DNA of 63,439 bases, counting the filler, from Octopus bimaculoides (taxonomy: Eukaryota), in assembly GCF_001194135.2 (NCBI RefSeq). It is 5 parts of 5 records of this genome, joined end to end, with 100 filler letters (N's around TTAATTAATTAA, not from the genome) between each part and the next. Parts side by side here need not be neighbours in the genome. Positions count along the whole stretch, not along the records: positions 16,856 to 30,425 come from NC_068988.1; positions 30,526 to 48,725 come from NC_068981.1; 3 more parts are not named here. One strand, written 5' to 3'. The notes below the pieces were generated by a model. That model searched no databases and was not told the DNA's origin. It saw only the letters and a program-made list of their open reading frames with translations. The translations under genes and the position numbers were made by a program. Of the stretch, positions 28,784 to 41,186 are shown piece by piece (within the stretch, counting starts at the first letter, position 1; every line of letters begins with the position of its first letter).

Positions 28784-30425
28784 CATACATACATACATAC
28801 ATACATACATACATACATACATACATACATACATACAAGTGCATGTATTATATAAGTGCAGTTTTCTAGTATGTTTTTTTGCATGTAGAATGAAACATAT
28901 CCTTGCCTACGAGCACGCGTGCACACCCCGTCATACCTGTCTTCATTATATGCATATATATAAATATATTATCATTTGTGCATATATATTTTCGTGTTTA
29001 TACGCCCGCGTACACACGAACACACACTACAAAGCGGGAGAGGTCGGGGTTGAAGAAATACATATACATTCATACACAGAAAAATATACTAGCATATGTA
29101 TATATATATATGCTAGTATATTTTTCTGTGTATGAATGNNNNNNNNNNNNNNNNNNNNNNNNNNNNNNNNNNNNNNNNNNNNNNNNNNNNNNNNNNNNNN
29201 NNNNNNNNNNNNNNNNNNNNNNNNNNNNNNNNNNNNNNNNNNNNNNNNNNNNNNNNNNNNNNNNNNNNNNNNNNNNNNNNNNNNNNNNNNNNNNNNNNNN
29301 NNNNNNNNNNNNNNNNNNNNNNNNNNNNNNNNNNNNNNNNNNNNNNNNNNNNNNNNNNNNNNNNNNNNNNNNNNNNNNNNNNNNNNNNNNNNNNNNNNNN
29401 NNNNNNNNNNNNNNNNNNNNNNNNNNNNNNNNNNNNNNNNNNNNNNNNNNNNNNNNNNNNNNNNNNNNNNNNNNNNNNNNNNNNNNNNNNNNNNNNNNNN
29501 NNNNNNNNNNNNNNNNNNNNNNNNNNNNNNNNNNNNNNNNNNNNNNNNNNNNNNNNNNTCTATGGCATTCTGTTCCTTTTCCTGACAAGAAATAAATGCT
29601 GATATTTTTGCAATGTGAAAAACAAAAACAATGAGGAATAAACAGCCAAGACTTTTTTTTGTCTCTATAATATTGCTAGCAGCAAAACCAAGATGAGTAC
29701 AGAAATAAAAAAATTGCGCATCACCCACGTCTCATTAAGCATCCTGCAGGAGTTTAAATGTAACTAAAGAAATATACAATGAAGTCTCGGGTAATTTTTC
29801 AACAAAAACTTCGTTGGTTTTTTTCCTTCCTCTGCTTGTTTGGTCGTTACAATGTTTTATTTGCGCTTCTATTGTGCATTTATTCTTGCTACTTGTGCAT
29901 TTCTAACAGAGAGTAAACACAAAAATATGTAAATTCTAAGATTTTCTATGATTTCGTGGTGATATAAATAGATATTTTTTTTCTTGTGAAAAAATATTAA
30001 AGACAGATATGAAATAATAAAAATCAATTCAGACGTAACAGTGTTGTGTATACCTTTAAAATATCTGTTAATATATAATCATGGATACACAAAAAACAGA
30101 AGCTGCTACACGCAAACCCACGAACACATGCCCCATACACCTATAAACACCATTTTTTTTTTCTATCGACTCACTACTTGTGTGTGATTTCGAAAGACTA
30201 CTTCGATACTTTATATTGATGTGTATACGTGTGTGTGTTTGTGTGTGTATGTGTGTGTGTTTGTGTCAATGTACATAACAACGTATGTATATAAATATGT
30301 ATTTATATATATATATATATGTGTGTAAAAATATATACATACACAGATACATACTACATACATGCACACACATGCATACATGCAAATGTATGTATATATA
30401 TAAATATATATATATAAATATATAT

Positions 30426-30525
30426 NNNNNNNNNNNNNNNNNNNNNNNNNNNNNNNNNNNNNNNNNNNNTTAATTAATTAANNNNNNNNNNNNNNNNNNN
30501 NNNNNNNNNNNNNNNNNNNNNNNNN
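30426..30525. other. Synthetic scaffold-join spacer
   Basis: Same 44N/12-mer/44N structure. Confidence 0.95.
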
Positions 30526-30778
30526 GTGCGGGTGGCACATAAAAGACACCATTTCGAGCGTGGCCGTTTTCGTGCGGGTGACACGTAAAAGCACCCACTA
30601 CACTCTCTGAGTGGTTGGCGTTAGGAAGGGCATCCAGCTGTAGAAACTCTGCCAAATCAGACTGGAGCCTGGTGTTGCCATCTGGTTTCACCAGTCCTCA
30701 GTCAAATCGTCCAACCCATGCTAGCATGGAAAGCGGACGTTAAACGATGATAATGATGATGATGATGATGATGATGAT
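30526..30778 (+). mobile_element. RTE-type LINE 3' end with (GAT)n tail
   Basis: GAGTGGTTGGCGTTAGGAAGGGCATCCAGC...GCATGGAAAGCGGACGTTAAACGATGATGATG. Related copies at about 1240-1392(+), 2075-2250(+), 2690-2960(-), 6070-6162(+), 13835-14090(-), 44140-44420(-) and 46465-46600(+). Confidence 0.75.
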
Positions 30779-30779
30779 G

Positions 30780-31365
30780 GACCTCCATAGCCATTTGTTG
30801 TATATAAAAATATCCTATTGTATTTTTATAATTAAATATTATTAGGAACTGTATAAAAAATTAAAATATTTTGCATAGGCGCAGGAGTGACTGTGTGGTA
30901 AGTAGCCTGCTTACCAACCACATGGTTCTTGGTTCAGTCCCACTGCGTGGCACCTTGGGCAAGTGTCTTCTACTATAGCCTCGGGCCGACCAAAACCTTG
31001 TGAGTGGATTTGGTAGACGGAAACTGAAAGAAGCCCGTCGGATATATGTATGTATATATATATATGTGTGTTTGTGTTTGTCCCCCCACCATCTCTTGAC
31101 ATCCGATGGTGGTGTGTTTACGTTCCTGTAACTTAGCGGTTTGGCAAAAAGAGACCGATAGAATAGGTACTAGGCTTACAAAGAATAAGTTCTGGGGTCG
31201 ATTTGTTCAACTAAAGGTGGTGCTCCAGCATGGCCGCAGTCAAATGACTGAAACAAGTAAAAGAGTAAAAGAGTTGTAGAAATATCGATTCATTGCACAT
31301 AGGTTTTATCAACAAAATCTTATTGGGCCCCCTTGTGCCATATAGACCCTGGTTGAGAACCACTG
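30780..31365. mobile_element. hAT-like MITE interrupted by the family B SINE
   Basis: GGTTGAGAACCACTG terminus at 31351-31365; body similar to window start 1-182. Confidence 0.5.
30877..31273 (+). mobile_element. SINE family B, full length
   Basis: AGGCGCAGGAGTGACTGTGTGG head, GGTTCAGTCCC B-box-like motif, central microsatellite, TAAAAGAG repeat tail. Partial copies at about 5790-5980, 9950-10090, 13205-13390, 14787-14910, 15430-15650, 16165-16330, 48505-48720 and 51640-51860. Confidence 0.88.
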
Positions 31366-31476
31366 CTCTAAATGAAACCAGTAAGGGAATATAATTTAGG
31401 CTTAGTGGTAGCATTGTGTTTATTTTATTTTTGTTTTGTTTAACTCTTTAATTACCTGGTATATTTTTACCTTCAG

Positions 31477-31533
31477 GTTGTGTGTAAAAATAAAAGAGAA
31501 GGAAAACAACAAGCTGCACAAGCTATATTGCAG
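31477..31533 (+). CDS. DGCR8: DGCR8 exon (dsRBD2 helix)
   Basis: cttcag acceptor, VVCKNKREGKQQAAQAILQ, donor GTATGT. Confidence 0.92.
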
Positions 31534-33100
31534 GTATGTTTTGCTGTGTTGACAATTTATTTAGAAATTATACTTAATTTTTCTTTTTCTGAACGATAAA
31601 AATTGTTTGTGTTTATTTCATTAATGAAATTTGATACAACTTTATATATAAGATAATTCATAAACTTGTTATGAACATGTTCATTGTATAAATTTCTAAT
31701 GCAAAATAAATACTTCTACATCTCTATACCTTGTCAACTCTTACTTATACCTCTTAAAAGGATTAACCCTTCACCATTCACATCCTATCAAAAGTAATGC
31801 TTTTTTATTCACATTGTTTTGAATTAATTATGAATTACCTTGTAGCTATCAGATTTTGATACGGTAACTATTAATTTTTAGAATTATATTATAGGGTTGG
31901 TGTGAAAAGCCAGTTTGAACATAAACAGACAGAATATTTTGGCCGGATATGGCCAGTTTAAATGCTGAAGGGTTAATATTTTAGTTCTTTTTGAGCAAGT
32001 AGCTTTATGTGTATAGTAAAATTCAAGTCCTCATATATTCAGTTGACTTTGGAAACTATAATACAATTATTTGTACTATGTACTTGTTATTTTATGCGTA
32101 TTTAATCACAAAGAAGAATACTAAATTTTAAAAATATTTTTCCAGCGTCTCCATCCACATATTACCAGTTGGGGTTCTTTATTACGGCTGTATGGTCGAA
32201 TTTCATTCAAAATAATCCGTGAAAAGAAAGTAAGATATGTTTCCTTCTTGATGTTTCAAGTTTTATTTATTATTCCATTAAATACATATTCTTCATTGTT
32301 TTATATTTTTTGTCATACGAAAGAAATCATTTCTAGACAAGCCATACTTTGTTGGCATCAACTCTGACAGCCTCATAATTCCTGTCAATTGAACTATTTA
32401 CATCCGTTTGCCCTCAACAAATAGCATGTTAAAGAGTACCATAAATAATTAAACATTTCTGTTACTGAATATAGACTACTTCAAATAATAGAGGAAGAGT
32501 TAATTTGAACATCTATTTTTATATAGTAATTATTTAATGGCAATAATTAGTAAGTTAAGAATATAAAATAAATTAAGATATCAGTAAATAGAAAAAACTT
32601 TTTACTATAATTATTTAGAAAATTAGACAACTAGATAGTTTGAATCAGTGCTATTTTTCTACCACTTTTATTCCTTATTGTAAATGCTTGTTCATTTATC
32701 AGCAGGACTAATAAATATACAAGTATTGAGGATTAGAAGAAAAAAAAACTTTGTAAATGAGAAAAGCTTGCCAAGCAAATTTTATTTTTTTATAGGCAAC
32801 TGCATATATCTAAAATTGGATGGTATATAATGTTTATGTTTTAGCATGAGTACATTGTTAGTTATCAAATTGATCTCCGGAGCAAGTTATCTTTGGCTGA
32901 GCTAGTTAATTAAAAGGATCTAAATTGGTATGCCATCATCCCCATTCTTTTAACATCCATTTTTCTGTTTTCTTGGGTCAAACATAATTTGTTGAGATAG
33001 ATTTTCTATGGCTGGATGCCCTTCCTGTCATCAACCTTCAAATGTTTCCAAGTAAGATAATAACTCCTTGTCTTCTGGGCATGTTTTCATGGAAGACTGG

Positions 33101-33134
<34 letters not shown>

Positions 33135-35248
33135 TACACCACTTCTTTCAGTTTATGTTTATCAGATTCACTCACGTGGTTTTGATTAACCCAATAATAT
33201 TCCTTAGTCTCAACCATTCCAATGGTATTTCATGACCACTTATCCCATCTTACATTTATGAAAATATTTTCACTCTTCTCATATCAAAGTTAAATGATTG
33301 ATGTTGGAAACAACATTCAGCTGTATGCCACTTACTATAATCGATTTTATTACATATTCTAATTAATAAAATTCTTTCAGATTTATTAGTAAAAGAAATT
33401 GCAGAGACAACATTTACAAAGTATATATTTCATTATCAGACTCTTGTTACTTATGAAAAATTGTATTTTTCAAATTATGTCTATAATTTCATTTTTAAAA
33501 CATCAGATTCAGCAAAATGAATTATAAGAGAATTATAAAGTATTTCCATAGCTGTCTTGTTTTGATATTGTATAGACTCCCATTTAGGATTCCTCTCTGG
33601 AATAATAACCTGTCAGAAGACTGAGTTGTCTTGTATTTATTATTTCATTCTGTCAACACTTTAGTTTCCTAAAGGATTTTTTTCTGCATTATTCTTTTTC
33701 AGGAAGAAGAGCAGAGCATTACTGAATTACAGTCTCAGGCCAAGTCCAACAAACCCAATACAGCAGTGTTAGAGAAACTCAGAGAAGAAATGCGCAAGAT
33801 TAAATTACAGAGGGTCAGTATTTTGCAATTCTCGAAATATCTGGTTGTTTGATGTAATTGACAGAGTCCCCCGATCCCTTATCAAGTGGTCAATGCAGAA
33901 ACTAGGGATAGATGAGTGGTTAGTGAGAGCTGTGCAAGCCATGTACAGGGATGCTGTCAGTAAGGTGAGGGTTGGCAATGAATATAGTGAAGAAATCCGG
34001 GTAGGGGTCCACCAAGGATCCTCAGGCCCCTCTTATTCATCATAGTCCTCCAGGCAATAATGGAGGAATTCAAAACAGGATGCCCCTGGGAGCTCCTGTA
34101 TGCTGATGACCTTGCTCTAATAGCTGAGTCACTATCAGAACTAGAAGTTTCAGGTGTGGAAGCAAGGTTTAGAATTGAAGAGCCTTAGAGTCAGTCTTGC
34201 AAAAACTAAAGTCTTAATAAGTAGGAAGGCAGAAAAATCACAAATCCCTTCAGGTAGATGGCCCTGCTCAATCAAATGGCATCAGTAGAAACTCCATAGG
34301 ATATCATTCTCATGACATTCCAATATCACCACTCCCCCCACGACATTCCCATATCATCAACTTCACTAATACATCTTAGCTACAATACTGTTGAATCTAC
34401 CAACTTTTAGTGTGTGTGTGCATATACGTGCACACATACAGATCTACATACATTTGTGTATCTACATGTCTGTATATGTGTGTATATATCTGTGTATTAA
34501 AACGAGTTTTGTTTGTGAGGCAGTTTTGTAATACAGTTTTAATTTTGGTTGGTACATTGATAGTTGGCAACTGCTGTGGATTTATGTTTAATTGGTACAT
34601 AGATGTTTATTATGTAGCTGTTAACTTACTACAACTACAAAAGACTCATTGACATCCATGTATTATATAGTTAATTATGCTTGACCTTTATTGGTAACTA
34701 ATAGCTATTTAATAGAATTCTTCCAGTTAAATGAGTGGCTACTTTTGGATCTAAATCAGTATATCTGTTTGGAGCCGTTGGCATGAAATATATTGTAACT
34801 ATCTTGTATAATATTTAAGAGTATCATTCCAGTTGTATAATAACTTTTCTGTTATATACTATAACTAGTTGTATGGTTAACTTACACGAAATGTTCAATG
34901 AAAAATTTGTTTATGTGGGCCTGTTAAAATTCAATAGCAAAAGCATGCAAGATGATTGTTTTGTTATTTGAGCAGAAAATCTGTCTCGCAGATGTCTGCA
35001 AATATGATGTAACAATCAATAGTTGTCTAAACCATTCAGAACAACTTTTTGTTGTTTAAAAACCTGAATACATTACATACATTACTAAAAATGATTTCAT
35101 TAATTCTAAAAATAAAAGAATTTGCCTAATTTTGTGTAATGAAATTTAATTATGTTTTTACTTTTTGCAGGAATCCATCAAATCAAGAGGAAAGTTGCGG
35201 CTTGAATCAGCTGTCCCTGTAGGAAACGTGTCAGGATTAGACCTCTGA
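31477..35248 (+). CDS. DGCR8: Microprocessor subunit DGCR8/Pasha, last four coding exons (5'-partial)
   Basis: All phase-0 exons splice to VVCKNKREGKQQAAQAILQ|RLHPHITSWGSLLRLYGRISFKIIREKK|EEEQSITELQSQAKSNKPNTAVLEKLREEMRKIKLQR|ESIKSRGKLRLESAVPVGNVSGLDL*. This matches the DGCR8 dsRBD2 end and C-terminal tail as I recall it ([35 protein letters not shown]...[23 protein letters not shown]). Confidence 0.95.
31767..31972. mobile_element. piggyBac-type MITE
   Basis: TTAA|CCCTT...AAGGG|TTAA; degenerate related copies at about 47670-47890 and 47953-48130. Confidence 0.75.
32146..32229 (+). CDS. DGCR8: DGCR8 exon
   Basis: RLHPHITSWGSLLRLYGRISFKIIREKK, 84 nt. Confidence 0.94.
33703..33813 (+). CDS. 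DGCR8: DGCR8 exon (C-terminal tail)
   Basis: EEEQSITELQSQAKSNKPNTAVLEKLREEMRKIKLQR, 111 nt. Confidence 0.93.
33850..34300 (+). mobile_element. RTE-clade LINE reverse-transcriptase fragment in the last DGCR8 intron
   Basis: DRVPRSLIKWSMQKLGIDEWLVRAVQAMY...GVHQGS; after a frameshift, GCPWELLYADDLALIAES. Confidence 0.9.
35171..35248 (+). CDS. DGCR8: DGCR8 terminal coding exon with TGA stop
   Basis: ttttgcag acceptor, ESIKSRGKLRLESAVPVGNVSGLDL*; the sequence is poorly conserved, so the call rests on splice phase and position. Confidence 0.8.
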   Translation, partial: ESIKSRGKLRLESAVPVGNVSGLDL

Positions 35249-38200
35249 TACTAGTCCTTTGTTTACAGATGTTTGTTAATTTATGCTATCAATGCACTTA
35301 AGATTACTCTGTTGTTTCCAATTTTAATGCTTGTAGCCAATTGTTTCTCTCTCCCTCCTCTTTCACACCCACACACATTCTCTTTCTTTCACCCACCACC
35401 AACTTTGACTTGAATGTCATTCGAAGAAAAGTAATATTGAGTCAATGACTTGGTCATTTTTCCATTACTGCACTCAACTATCAATCTGATCTTCCACAAA
35501 AACACTACCCATTTCTGTCTGTCTTAGCCATAGTTGTTTGAAGTGTGATTGAACTATATGGCGTCCTCAATGTTTTTCTTATTTTTGTGGGTGGGGGTTT
35601 ACTTTTGAGGAACTTCCTACATGTCATCTTTAAAAAAACAATCTCTTTACACTTTCCAGTATCTTGCACTATAGTTGTCAATTGTTTGCATAGAACTGTT
35701 TGTTATCTCAAAATCCAGCAACTGTATCTTATATGTTATTTTTTTATTGCATTTACATTTACACTGCATAACTTCAATTAGAAATGTGTTGATGTTGTGT
35801 AGCTAGCCTTCCGCTGACTGAAGAGGGACAGATGTTTGTTTTTGATAAACTTCATTATAACTCTGGACTTTTACATGGAACTTAAAATGAAAGCATTTGC
35901 AGTCGGAGGATGAAGCACAATTGTTAATCCAGCCACCACTTCCTCCTAGCTCATCTAATTCTGTGTGCTCTCATTCATATATACAGAATAAGTGGGTGAA
36001 AAAATTGTGATAACCAAGGGAGGCAAGTACTCCTTGCCCATTCCATATTCTTCTATTACTGCCTCATTTAAATATTTGGATGTTGACATTACATATACAC
36101 ACATGGTTAGTTTCCCATCCCTAAGCTATCATGGTTAAAGTGAAACTAGCTAAAATTGGAGTAAAGTGATGATAGCCTTTTAATAATTTATCTCTCATAT
36201 ATCAGTTGTTGTGTGCGTGCACGCACGCACGCACACACGCACACATTGATCAATATTTTCAGATTCATATGTGATTCTTGTTAATTTAAAATTATCTCAA
36301 CTAAAGAGGAAATCCAAGATTATGGTTGAATTTTCAAAGCAGATATATTTTATGGTTTATGGTGGGCTAACTCCTTCATATGCAAGCATACATAGTGTGT
36401 GTGTGTGTGTGTGTGTGTATGTAATCTCTTTAGTAGGTACATTTGATTTTATTCTTATGGCCCCAACCACAATATAAATTGTGACTCAGATATTTGAAGA
36501 AAAAAGTTTGCATTGTTCAAAACAGTATCATGTGAAATACTTTATAGCAGGCAGTCGTTTTGTTAGATTTTAAGTAGTGTCTCTTGCTCTAGAAATTGGT
36601 GTGTGGATATGGTTCAGTTATTCCTCTCAATTTGAAATGTAATCTGAGCAGAGTTTTTTTTTTTGTTTTCATATTTTAGCTTCTTTTTATACGTTTATAT
36701 TTGTCAGGAATCAGGATTTAAGTAAAAGTTTTGTCTCCTTAAATTGAATTATTCTCATCTTGAATGTCATGAAACCACTTTTCTTTGTTTTTAATAGATT
36801 ATTTCATTTCTCACTACCAGAAATATCTCTGTTCTGATCCAATTTTTTTCCTTTGTTGGTTTTTTTTTACCTACTATTAAGAATGTAAAAAGCCTTAGCA
36901 TTTATGTGTCTTTCCTTGGAGGAAATCTGAAATCATTTATGCTGGGATTAGTTTAGTGAAGTTACATTAGAAACCATTTATTTTATAACTATTTTCACTT
37001 CATATGAACTTGATTTTGGAGTCAGTCATCAAAAATCAAAATGCTTTTTCAAGTTGCAAGGACATTGGCTAAATTATGCATTTACTACTCTTGTTTCTCT
37101 TAGTCACTTATTTTCACTGGCAGCTGAAGGTAATTAATGCAGTGAATAAACACTGATATCATCATGATCATCATTATCATCATTATTATCAATTAAGTGG
37201 CTATTTTTTAAGTCAAGTTTAAACCCAGAAAAATGAAGGTAATAAATGTGTGAACTAGTCAATTTTTAATTCACAATTACCATCATATTGTCTCTCCTTC
37301 CATTATTCCTTGGCATCTAATACTTATATTGTCTTAATATTGTCTACAGCTGCTATTTTACATGCTGAATATGAATTTAAATTCTTCTCTTATTGTTCCT
37401 TTCAGTGTTCTTATACCTCATTACAATATATTTAGCATACTGTAAAGGGACATTATCTTAAAACTCAGATTTAGAGGAAGTACACAGCTGTCATTGAAAA
37501 TCCCTATTCATCAAAGTTATATTTTGTATCTATGTCAGAAATCAATATTTTTCATCTTTAAGACACTCAGGCGCTACAAATCTTCCATATATTTCTCTTT
37601 TCTTGCAATACCTTAAAAGCTGTTGTAATTCTGCTGACAACTGATCAGGTATATTTTTTGCTACAATCTCTCCCTCTCCTTACTGAAGATGAAAGACAGT
37701 AGCCAGGTATCCAGGTATGACAAGAATTTGAACTGTAATTCAAGCTCTAATTCAATGGCTCTAGGCTGTGCAATGTTCCTAGTGGATTGCCAGTGTCATC
37801 AAATAGTGTTTCTGTGATAATGATAGCAGTCTATCATCAAATGAGATCTCTCTGCAAACCTGACAGTAACATATCTGCAACAGCTGACACTAAAAGGTTT
37901 TTGTGAATATTAATGTGAAAGAATTATTTGAATTATCAGTAGCTGCAAAACAAGAACTTCTCTACATTATAATCTTCCCATTCATAGCACATTCTTTTGC
38001 GAAGCTATAATTTCTTTGTCAAAAGCTTTTTATTTCGCCTTTCCTTTACAAGAATTTATGTCATCTTTGATCTGTTTTCTAATTTCATTTATATCTTAGT
38101 TGCTATTGTAAATATCAACTTCCTTTTTCTTTTATTGATTCATGCTCTGGCTCCACCTCCTAGAGTTTTAGTTGCTTGTATCAAACCTAGTACTTTATTT

Positions 38201-38410
38201 GACACTTATTTTATTGATGATGTAAGGGATGAAAGATAAAATCAACCTTAGCAAAAAGTGACTAAATACCACATGGTGATTTTGTTCAACGTGCTGATTT
38301 TGATTGACCATCCCATGCCAGTGTGTGTGTACACACACACATGCACACACTCAAACACAATATTATTGAACAGTAATACTCAGTATTCAACACTGCATTT
38401 GGTGCATTCA

Positions 38411-38611
38411 TTATTTGTGGATTAACAAAGCTACCAATAGTTTCATGTGGAAAGGGTATCCACATTTCTTCAAGCAATCCATTTCAAAATACTGGTAATC
38501 GTCTCCATTTTTGGATGGAGACAATTATCAGTGTTTTTAAAGGACAGCTTGAAAAATTGTTGATACCCTTTCCACATGAAACCATTGATAGCTTTGTTGA
38601 TTCACAAATAA
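38411..38611. repeat. Long imperfect inverted repeat (fold-back hairpin)
   Basis: 38414-38460 pairs with 38562-38608 (43 of 47 Watson-Crick, 2 G-U, 2 A-C); inner arms pair down to GTCTCCAT / ATGGAGAC around a 6-nt loop. Confidence 0.92.
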
Positions 38612-40763
38612 AGTGTGTATGTATATATGTACATCTGATGATTTTTGTATATGCATTCTGCACAGTTACTCTTCTACTAAAATATAATTCTCAAGACTGC
38701 TTAACTTCCCCAAAGTGCTGCACAGTGGGATCAAATCTGGAACTATGTGGTAGCTAAGTGAACTTAACTATATAGCCATAGTCTGTTGTTTATCTTTTCT
38801 AGTTAATTGCTTTATCAAATGTAACACTCTCTTGTAAGAAGTTTACCAGTAGCATATCTATTGTTATAATGATTTATTACAATAAGCCATGCAATGGAAT
38901 TGCTTTAGTGACCAATTTGTGATGCTTTATAGTACATTATGATAACAAAATATACCAAAGATTATCACAAAAAAGACCAAAAATGAATATAACCATAAAT
39001 AGTTTTAAATGGCTGGTATGATTGTTCCACAGTTAGTTTTAGTTTAAACATCTGATATCAGATCAAGTGATTTGCTAAACAAGTACAACTACATAATCAA
39101 TTCACTGATTTTACTTAATTAGCACCATTGATCTGCTTCTTCTATCACTGTGTCAATATTGGAAATATAAATGAGATTTGAATGAATTTGCTGAATGAAA
39201 TACACTCAAAAGTTTTTAATAAAGTGAAATTTTAAACAAAAACCTACTTGTATTTGAAGAGGTGAGATAATTTCATTAAATTAAGAATTGATTAAATTAA
39301 TTTGATTGTCATGCTTAAGAGGAAAATTTTATCTTTCTTAAAGACAGTGACAGTCTCTGAAGAATAGACAATATGAACCTACTTAATAAATAGAGGCTTT
39401 TACTTATTATGTAAGTGTGGCTGTACTGAATGATGCATGAAAATAGATTCTTAATGAACTGAAAATTTCCTCTAAGCTAGATAAAGAAAACAAAAATCTA
39501 GTGGCATTTGTTAGCAATTCACAAAAAATAGAAGAATGTATTTCAATGAATTAAGATTTAACTCTTAACATCCTGTATGGCACAAATCTGCACAACATCG
39601 TATGTCTTTTTGTCAGTCCTATGGTGCCTAAAACCATCTGAAATGAACTACTCATGTTTATACTTTTGTGGCTTTTGGAAGTAATCTAATCTAGAGAAGA
39701 AAACTTTAAAGTCCCTTCCACTATCATAGAAATTCAGTGCATCTAGTCATACTTAGTTAAAAACCATGCTGTTGTCTTAGCTCCACTAATGTCTTTCAAG
39801 CAGTTTTTATTAGCCTCCTGCTCTAACATGCCTACATCTAGATTATTAACATATAAATATAAATTATGCAGGTCTTGTATATTTTTATCTGTTGCAATAT
39901 GTCTGCAGGTACAATTTGAGACACCAACCTTTGTGTGCACTGCCATTAAACCAAATTGTAACCTGTACGTTTCACAAGCAGCTAAGAGAGGGAATGTTTG
40001 ATGTTTCATCATTTCTGGCAGCATCGCTAAAAATTATTAGCATGATAGATTTGGATTCACTCTTTTCTTTTTTTTCATTCTTTCTATGTATTAGAACTAT
40101 TTCTTCCATGAGTTATCCTTTTGCAGTCTGTTGAGGAACTGAGAAATTGGAGATTATATTGATTCAGTAGGCTTTTATTACATAACTCTACCTCATAGTT
40201 TGCTAGCCTACTTGTCATTTTCTCTACTGAGGAATCATAATTAACAATAGAAAATATAAAAACGCAGCTGTGTAGTTTGTCTAAATTACATCTTGAGCAA
40301 ATTTTTTTCTTTGCAAATTTATTAATTTAATAACAAAGGCTTTCTGAAAACTGATATCTTTATTCCATTTTGAAAACTAACATCTATATTCCATTTTGTA
40401 AACTAATATCTATAGTCCCTGTCAATCTTATGTGTTGTTTTGTTTGATTTTCATTTTGTCCACCTGTAAAAGATCTGCTGGAAAATTTCATTCTGTTTCT
40501 AAACAATCTTCAAATATTTTGCTCAAAACGTAAATGTCTTTGCACTAACATTCCATCATAATATAAGATCATGAAGCTATTTGGCTTACCCTTCAGTCTG
40601 TCAACATCCTTTGCTTATGTTAAGTTGCTGTGCTACATAATTCATCTCCGTCTTCTTTTACCGTTATATCAAGTATACTATTCTCTAAGTTAGTGACAAT
40701 CTGGCATATATTTCAGTATTTAATCTCATGTCTCTTCTTTATTCCACTGTCAAAAAAAAAAAA

Positions 40764-40799
<36 letters not shown>

Positions 40800-41117
40800 A
40801 TGGGGGGACAATGTAATGTGAATGTTAAGGATTCTTCACTGTGAGAGATTATTAGAGAGACTTTGCTTGTTGGCTCACTAGATTATTGAAGATGTTGATC
40901 AATGAATTGTCACTCTGTAATTGATAGTAGTAGAAGGTCTAGCATAATATACAATTTCAAAATATATTAACAGATCAAATAAGAGTTTAAAGTGGTTTAA
41001 ATGTCAGCATTAAGTTCTTTTATATATTTAAAGCAAAACTGGGTTGTCTATTATGATCAAAATAGCACCAGAATTCTGTGTAGCAGTAGGTCAGTCATAT
41101 TTCTTCATAATCCTTTG

Positions 41118-41186
<69 letters not shown>

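Noticed and set aside
29067-29138. Perfect 31-bp-arm palindrome around a (TA)n centre
   Set aside because: It ends exactly at an N gap and is mismatch-free around self-complementary TA; typical fold-back assembly artefact.
39743-40024. 93-aa minus-strand ORF
   Set aside because: No recognisable motif and no supported splice chain.
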